From: Minisyncoccota bacterium
GTDB lineage: Bacteria > Patescibacteriota > Minisyncoccia > UBA6257 > 02-FULL-45-10c
Direction: 5' to 3'
Length of the DNA stretch: 64,000 nucleotides
Assembly (NCBI GenBank): GCA_036517155.1
Contig: DATDXY010000019.1
Span: 9,913 to 73,912 of the forward strand
Shown in pieces: positions 58,612-64,000 of the stretch. Each line of letters starts with the position of its first letter. The stretch's first letter is position 1. Position numbers and translations under genes: made by a program. A model generated the notes under the pieces. That model was not told the origin of the DNA. It searched no databases and saw only the letters and a program-made list of their open reading frames with translations.

Positions 58612-59619
58612 ATGGAAATCAAAAAGGTGCTTCTGCCTAAAAAGGAAGACGAAACATTCGATCTTGCTCTCCGCCCGACCAGCTGGTCGGACTACGTGGG
58701 TCAGGATAAGGTTAAGAAAAACCTTCGGGTAATCCTGGATGCCGCTAAAAAGCGGAACGAACCCTGCGACCATCTATTATTATACGGACAAGCCGGTCTT
58801 GGCAAGACCACCCTGGCCCACCTGGTAGCTAGGGAGATGGGAGCCCGGTTTCGGATTGCCTCGGGACCGACCCTGGAAAAAACCGGCGATCTGGTCGCGA
58901 TTTTGAGTAATTTGGAAAAAGGAGAGATTCTTTTCATCGATGAAGCGCACCGATTGAATCGGCAGATTGAAGAAGTGATGTATCCGGCGCTGGAAAACCG
59001 GAAGTTGCACCTGATTGTCGGCAAGGGGCCGGCCGCTCGGACCCTAGCATTGGATTTGCCGCCGTTTACTTTGATTGCCGCCACGACCCGCGCCAATCTT
59101 TTATCCGGGCCGTTGCGCTCCCGTTTCGGCGCTTCTTTTAAATTGGATTATTACAATCAAGCGGATATTGAATTGATTTTGCGGCGTTCCGCGAATCTGC
59201 TGCAACTGAATATTCAAGACGTGGCGTTGAATCTGCTGGCGCATGCGTCGCGCTTTACGCCGAGAGTAGCGAACCGCCTGCTTCGGCGGCTGCGGGATTA
59301 TTCCGAAGTCAACGACATAAAAGTAATTGACGAAACTACGACCCGCCACACCCTAGAAATGTTGGAAATTGACCAATTAGGACTAGAACCGACTGACCGG
59401 CAGTTATTAAGCACAATTATTGAAAAATTCCATGGCGGTCCAGTGGGAATTCAAACCTTAGCCGCGGCGTTGAATGATGACCGTGGGATTATTGAGGATG
59501 TTTACGAACCATATTTAATGAGTATTGGTCTTTTAAACCGAACACCGGCCGGCCGCCTGGTCACGCCGGCGGCATATAAGCATTTAGGCTATTCCAAAAG
59601 TGAAGAGGGTTTTCTTTAG
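58612..59619 (+). CDS. ruvB: Holliday junction branch-migration helicase RuvB
   Basis: LRPT...YVGQ, GQAGLGKTTLA, LFIDEAHRL, TPRVANRLLRR, VYEPYL. Confidence 0.97.
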   Translation: MEIKKVLLPKKEDETFDLALRPTSWSDYVGQDKVKKNLRVILDAAKKRNEPCDHLLLYGQAGLGKTTLAHLVAREMGARFRIASGPTLEKTGDLVAILSNLEKGEILFIDEAHRLNRQIEEVMYPALENRKLHLIVGKGPAARTLALDLPPFTLIAATTRANLLSGPLRSRFGASFKLDYYNQADIELILRRSANLLQLNIQDVALNLLAHASRFTPRVANRLLRRLRDYSEVNDIKVIDETTTRHTLEMLEIDQLGLEPTDRQLLSTIIEKFHGGPVGIQTLAAALNDDRGIIEDVYEPYLMSIGLLNRTPAGRLVTPAAYKHLGYSKSEEGFL

Positions 59620-60811
59620 AGGTTGGCGATGGGGCATTGCCGCTGTTTTTGCGGCGTTATTAATTTTTCTGAATAAAGAAATTCCGGCAGTAGAAAAAAG
59701 CCAGGATTTTTTAGCGGCGCTGTTTTTCCCGTCCAGTATTTCCTTGGAGGAATTGCGGTCGGATTACCGCGATAATAATTTGCACGTATTAATTATTCCT
59801 GGGCACGATAATGAATCCTGGGGAACGGAATATAAAAATATCTATGAGGCGGATCTGACGCTTGCGGTCGCTAAATATTTAACCACTCTGTTGCGCGCCG
59901 ACCCGGCGTTTCGGGTTACCACTACCCGGGAAAACGGAACGTACACGGCAACTTTTAAAGATTATTTTGAAAATCAGGAAGCCGCTATCAAGCAATTTAA
60001 AAAAGAAAAAGCGGTTTTAATGCAGGCGGCCACCCAAGTCGGTTTTGAGGAACGAACCGCGGTAATCCATAACAATGTTAATCGGGACGTGGCATTCAAG
60101 TTGTACGGCATCAATAAATGGGCGAACGATCACGATGTGGATTTGGCGCTGCATTTGCACTTTAACGATTATAGCGGCCGGCGGCAGAATCAAGTAGGCC
60201 GGTACAGCGGTTTTGTGATTTACGTTCCGGAGCGGCAGCTGCCCAACGCCAAAACCAGCCGAGCGATTGCCCAGCCGATTTTTAATCAATTAAATAGAAT
60301 TTTAACCGTCAGCGATTTGCCGCAAGAATCCGCCGGAATTGTTGAGGACCAAGAATTGATCGCGCTGGGCGTGAATACTTCCCTGGATGCCGCCTCTTTG
60401 CTTATAGAATACGGTTATGTCTATGAATTGCCTTTTCGGGATGAAGTAATCCGGGACGTGTTTTTTCAAGAATTGGCGTATCAAACTTACCTTGGCCTGA
60501 AAAAAGCGCTGGATCCGAATTTTCACGTAGCGTCGGAACAAGAAAGTTTATTGTTGCCGCATCAATGGAATAAAAATTTGGGCGTGGGAGCGAGAGGAAG
60601 CAAAGACGTATTGGCTTTGCAAATAGCCTTAATTCGGGAGGGAGTTTATCCGCCGGCGGGGAAAGATTGCCCGGTGTCCAGCAATTTTTTTGAGTGCACC
60701 GAAACCGCGGTCAAAGCATTTCAAAACAAATATAACTTGCGCAGCCACGGCATCGTGGACGCGATGACGCTGAAAAAGCTGAACGAATTATACGGAACTT
60801 TGGCATTATGA
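59600..60811 (+). CDS. N-acetylmuramoyl-L-alanine amidase with C-terminal peptidoglycan-binding domain
   Basis: IIPGHD, EADLTL, LHLHFN, LIEYGY; DVLALQ..L...TETAVKAFQ..GIVD. Confidence 0.82.
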   Translation: MKRVFFRGWRWGIAAVFAALLIFLNKEIPAVEKSQDFLAALFFPSSISLEELRSDYRDNNLHVLIIPGHDNESWGTEYKNIYEADLTLAVAKYLTTLLRADPAFRVTTTRENGTYTATFKDYFENQEAAIKQFKKEKAVLMQAATQVGFEERTAVIHNNVNRDVAFKLYGINKWANDHDVDLALHLHFNDYSGRRQNQVGRYSGFVIYVPERQLPNAKTSRAIAQPIFNQLNRILTVSDLPQESAGIVEDQELIALGVNTSLDAASLLIEYGYVYELPFRDEVIRDVFFQELAYQTYLGLKKALDPNFHVASEQESLLLPHQWNKNLGVGARGSKDVLALQIALIREGVYPPAGKDCPVSSNFFECTETAVKAFQNKYNLRSHGIVDAMTLKKLNELYGTLAL

Positions 60812-61245
60812 TTAGCCGCTCTAAATTACAAACTCAACAGATTGCCAAAAAACTGGCGAGGAAATTATTGAACGCGCCGCATCGGACACAAGCTTCCGTT
60901 ATCGCTCTTCAAGGCGATTTGGGCGCTGGGAAAACCACTTTTACCCAAGGATTCGCCAGGGGATTGGAAATCCATCGGCACATTACTAGCCCGACATTTT
61001 TGATTATTCGGCGCTACGGCATTCCGAAAACCGATTGGAATTTTTATCATTTGGATTTATATCAAATTAAAAAAGCGAAAGAAATTTTGGATTTAGGCTT
61101 TAAAGAAATTATCCGCAATCCAAAAAATATCGTCATTATTGAATGGGCGGAGAAAATAAAAAGTTTCTTAATGAAGAAAAAGATTATTCATGTTGATTTT
61201 AAGCATACGAAGAACGAAAACAAACGCGTTATCCGGCTCCATTAA
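60808..61245 (+). CDS. tsaE: tRNA t6A biosynthesis ATPase TsaE
   Basis: GDLGAGKTTF, SPTF, HLDLY, IIEWAE. Confidence 0.95.
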   Translation: MISRSKLQTQQIAKKLARKLLNAPHRTQASVIALQGDLGAGKTTFTQGFARGLEIHRHITSPTFLIIRRYGIPKTDWNFYHLDLYQIKKAKEILDLGFKEIIRNPKNIVIIEWAEKIKSFLMKKKIIHVDFKHTKNENKRVIRLH

Positions 61246-61265
61246 TCTGGTGTATTATAGTAATA

Positions 61266-62126
61266 ATGAAAAAATTATTGCTTATTGACGCTAATTCCCT
61301 TATCCATCGCTCCTTTCATGCTTTGCCGCCGTTGACTACGCCGCAAGGGGAGTCGATTAACGCGATTTACGGACTTTCTGGGATTTTACTGAAGATTTTG
61401 AAAGAACATCAGCCGGATTACGCGGCGGCGGCCTTTGATCGGCCGGAACCGACTTTTCGGGATTCTATGTATAAGGAATACAAGGCCCAGCGGCCGCCAA
61501 CCGCAAATGAATTGGTGTCGCAACTGATTAGGGCTCGAGAAGTGTTCAAACAGTTCGGTATTTTGACTGTGGAAAAAGCGGGATTTGAAGCGGATGATAT
61601 TGTTGGCACGCTGGCGGAACATGCGAAAAACCATCCGGATCTTCAAGTGGTGATTTTTTCCGGTGACAAAGATAATTTACAACTTGTTAACGGCCAAGTA
61701 GTAGTGGAATTTTTGAAAGTCGGCGTCAGCAAGACCATCACCTACGATAAATCTCTTTTTCTGCAAGAATATGGATTTTTGCCGGAGCGGCTGGTGGATT
61801 ACAAAGCGTTAATCGGCGATGCTTCGGATAATATTCCGGGCGTGAAAGGTATCGGGCCAAAAACCGCGATGGATCTTTTAAAAGAATACGGCACGCTGGA
61901 AAAAATTTATGAAGATATAGAATTGATTCCGAAAAAAGCCGTTCAGGAAAAATTAAAAGAGCACCAAGCGGATGCTTTTTTGTCCAAACAACTGGCGACG
62001 ATTAAACGGGACGTGCCGCTGGAACTGACCTTCGGGGATTTGAAATATATTCCTTTTGAAAAAGAAAAAATAAAAGAATTTTTTGGGTCATTAGGCTTCA
62101 AGTCGTTGGTGGAACGGCTGGGTTAA
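61266..62126 (+). CDS. polA: DNA polymerase I 5'-3' exonuclease part (split polA)
   Basis: LLIDANSLIHRSFHA, YKAQR, FEADD, GDASDNIPGVKGIGPKTA. Confidence 0.9.
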   Translation: MKKLLLIDANSLIHRSFHALPPLTTPQGESINAIYGLSGILLKILKEHQPDYAAAAFDRPEPTFRDSMYKEYKAQRPPTANELVSQLIRAREVFKQFGILTVEKAGFEADDIVGTLAEHAKNHPDLQVVIFSGDKDNLQLVNGQVVVEFLKVGVSKTITYDKSLFLQEYGFLPERLVDYKALIGDASDNIPGVKGIGPKTAMDLLKEYGTLEKIYEDIELIPKKAVQEKLKEHQADAFLSKQLATIKRDVPLELTFGDLKYIPFEKEKIKEFFGSLGFKSLVERLG

Positions 62127-62133
62127 AACGCAT

Positions 62134-63615
62134 ATGCTAGCGGATTTTAATTTAAAGGAACAATTTAAGGTTTGGAAACGAGCCGGCAAGCCGATCCCGA
62201 AAGAATATTTTGACCTCGGCATCGCTTATTGGCTGATCAGTCCGGACGAAAAAGAATATACGCCGGAATATATCAGCCGTACGTTTCTTAAGAAGGAATG
62301 GAAAAATTCGGAAAAAGAAATAAAAGCTCTGCAGGTGTTTGCGGAAAAAAAACTGAAAGAATACAAATTGGAAAAACTATTTTGGGATTTGGAAATGCCG
62401 CTAGTGGATATTTTGGCGAATATAGAATCCACGGGCATCCAATTGGATAAAAATTATTTGCGTTCTTACGATAAAGAATTAGAAAAGAAACTTGGTCAGC
62501 TGACCAAGTCAATTTATAAAATTGCCGGTGAAACGTTCAATATCAATTCTCCGAAACAACTAGGCATGGTGCTGTTTCAGAAATTGAAAATTGACGAAAA
62601 AGGCGTTAAAAAGACCCGGGCGGGAAGCATTTCCACCGATATTAATACTTTGGAAACGATTCGGGAGCGGCATCCGATTGTGAAGCACGTATTGGAATAT
62701 CGGGAATTATTCAAATTGCAATCCACTTACGTTCGTCCGCTGCAAGAAGCCGCGGATCCCAAAAACCGCGTCCATACCCACTACATTCAAACCGGCGCCG
62801 CCACTGGCCGATTGAGTTCCCAAGATCCCAATTTACAAAACATTCCGATTGGCACGGAGTGGGCGACCAAATTGCGCAATGCTTTTGTCGCCGAAAAAGG
62901 ATATCAATTGGCGGCGTTTGATTACTCGCAAATTGAATTGCGGGTATTGGCGTCGCTGTCGGAAGACCCGAAAATGGTTGCGGCTTTCAAAAAAGGATTA
63001 GATATTCACAAATTAACCGCGGCCAATGTTAATAATGTTCCCTTGGAAAAAGTGACGCCGGAAATGCGCCGGCTCGCCAAAACTTTGAATTTTGGCGTGG
63101 TATACGGTATGGGAGCGTTTGCTTTTGCGAAAACCAGCGGTTTGAAAGTGGCGGAAGCGCGGAAATTTATTGAAGAATATTTCAATGATTTCCAAAAGAT
63201 TAAAATCTGGCAGGAAATGGTAAAAGCGCAGGCGCGAACTTACGGGTATGTAACGAATGCGAATGGCCGCCGGCGTTTTATGCTGGCCGCGGTTTCTCGG
63301 AATAGCTGGGAAGCGGCGGAAGCCGAGCGCGCGGCGATTAATATGCCGGTGCAGGGTTTGGCGGCGGATATTATTAAAATGGCCATGATTGCTATCGCTA
63401 AAGAATTAAAGCAGTGTGGCTGGTGGCAAAAAGAAGTCCGGATGCTGTTAACTATCCATGACGAATTGTTGTTTGAGATTAAGGAATCTATAATAAAGGA
63501 AGCGGCGCCGATTATCCGGCGATTGATGGAATCGGCATATCGGCTCAAGGTACCGGTCCGGGTGAGCGAAAAAATCGGTTCCGATTGGGGATCGTTAAAA
63601 GAAATCCATGTCTAA
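62134..63615 (+). CDS. polA: DNA polymerase I polymerase part (split polA)
   Basis: TGRLSSQDPNLQNIP, DYSQIELR, AKTLNFGVVYG, IHDEL. Confidence 0.92.
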   Translation: MLADFNLKEQFKVWKRAGKPIPKEYFDLGIAYWLISPDEKEYTPEYISRTFLKKEWKNSEKEIKALQVFAEKKLKEYKLEKLFWDLEMPLVDILANIESTGIQLDKNYLRSYDKELEKKLGQLTKSIYKIAGETFNINSPKQLGMVLFQKLKIDEKGVKKTRAGSISTDINTLETIRERHPIVKHVLEYRELFKLQSTYVRPLQEAADPKNRVHTHYIQTGAATGRLSSQDPNLQNIPIGTEWATKLRNAFVAEKGYQLAAFDYSQIELRVLASLSEDPKMVAAFKKGLDIHKLTAANVNNVPLEKVTPEMRRLAKTLNFGVVYGMGAFAFAKTSGLKVAEARKFIEEYFNDFQKIKIWQEMVKAQARTYGYVTNANGRRRFMLAAVSRNSWEAAEAERAAINMPVQGLAADIIKMAMIAIAKELKQCGWWQKEVRMLLTIHDELLFEIKESIIKEAAPIIRRLMESAYRLKVPVRVSEKIGSDWGSLKEIHV

Positions 63616-64000
63616 TCTCAAATATTATATGAAGAGTCCGGAAATGCGGCTGACGTGGCTGCTGTTGTTTTTGGTGTTTACCGGAATCGTGATGTTCGGT
63701 TATTTTTTAAGCGGCGCGTGGATGTTTATCGGCATTGGCTTGCTGGTGACTATCGGCACGCTGGTATTTTTTATTAATCTTCGTTCCGCCCAAACCAATG
63801 TCGCTTTGCGGGTGGAAAAGGGCCGGGCGGAAAATATTATCGCGAGCATTGGCGATGGCATCGTAATCTACGATACGGAGTTTAAAATTGTGGTTTTTAA
63901 TTCCATTGCTGAACAGATTTTGAATGTGCCGGCCGGATCAGCCATCGGACAATCTTTTTCTTTGGAAAGTATCAAAAAGCCGGAATTTCAATTGGTCACT
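63608..64000 (+). CDS. Membrane PAS-domain protein, probably a sensor histidine kinase (partial)
   Basis: Manual translation: MSNLKYY, two TM helices, then IIASIGDGIVIYD...VFNSIAEQIL (PAS start). The kinase domain is not visible in the window. Confidence 0.7.
   Translation, partial: MSNLKYYMKSPEMRLTWLLLFLVFTGIVMFGYFLSGAWMFIGIGLLVTIGTLVFFINLRSAQTNVALRVEKGRAENIIASIGDGIVIYDTEFKIVVFNSIAEQILNVPAGSAIGQSFSLESIKKPEFQLVT

Noticed and set aside
55627-59619. Absence of ruvA beside ruvB and ruvC
   Set aside because: It may lie outside the window; absence cannot be claimed.
1-64000. Alternative genetic code (TGA=Gly, as in Gracilibacteria/Absconditabacteria)
   Set aside because: Core genes are full length under code 11, and TGA terminates dnaA, virB4, yidC and yebC.

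Overview
Origin-proximal chromosomal segment of a small-genome bacterium, most likely Patescibacteria/CPR (Parcubacteria-like). This placement is inferred from compact core genes, a split polA, short YebC/Jag/S1 proteins, VirB2-like pilins and a PrgI-VirB4-VirB6 locus. The standard genetic code is used (TGA acts as stop). Core genes present: clpP-tig-hppA-nusA, ftsH, rpsA, gyrA, a Xer-like recombinase, rpsO-NYN-pnp, comM, pcrA, rsmA, jag-yidC-rnpA-rpmH/dnaA-oriC-dnaN, PBP1A, ruvC, yebC, pilB, ruvB, tsaE and polA, plus three tRNAs (Val-TAC, Ile-TAT, Leu-TAG). Most notable observations: (1) two expression grammars, with core genes lacking Shine-Dalgarno sites and often looking leaderless, while six interspersed orphan-gene modules carry a GGAGG site and a terminator, five of them also a consensus sigma70 promoter; (2) a ~450 bp array of ~20 parS-like half-sites; (3) a promoter-driven ~168 nt rod-shaped ncRNA candidate (6S-like) between pilB and ruvB; (4) tRNA-Ile with a UAU anticodon; (5) an 11-gene T4SS-like locus without relaxase beside oriC, and four pilin paralogues in the window; (6) a Nudix protein whose Nudix box is split by ~90 aa. 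All calls come from reading motifs by eye; no database search was run.
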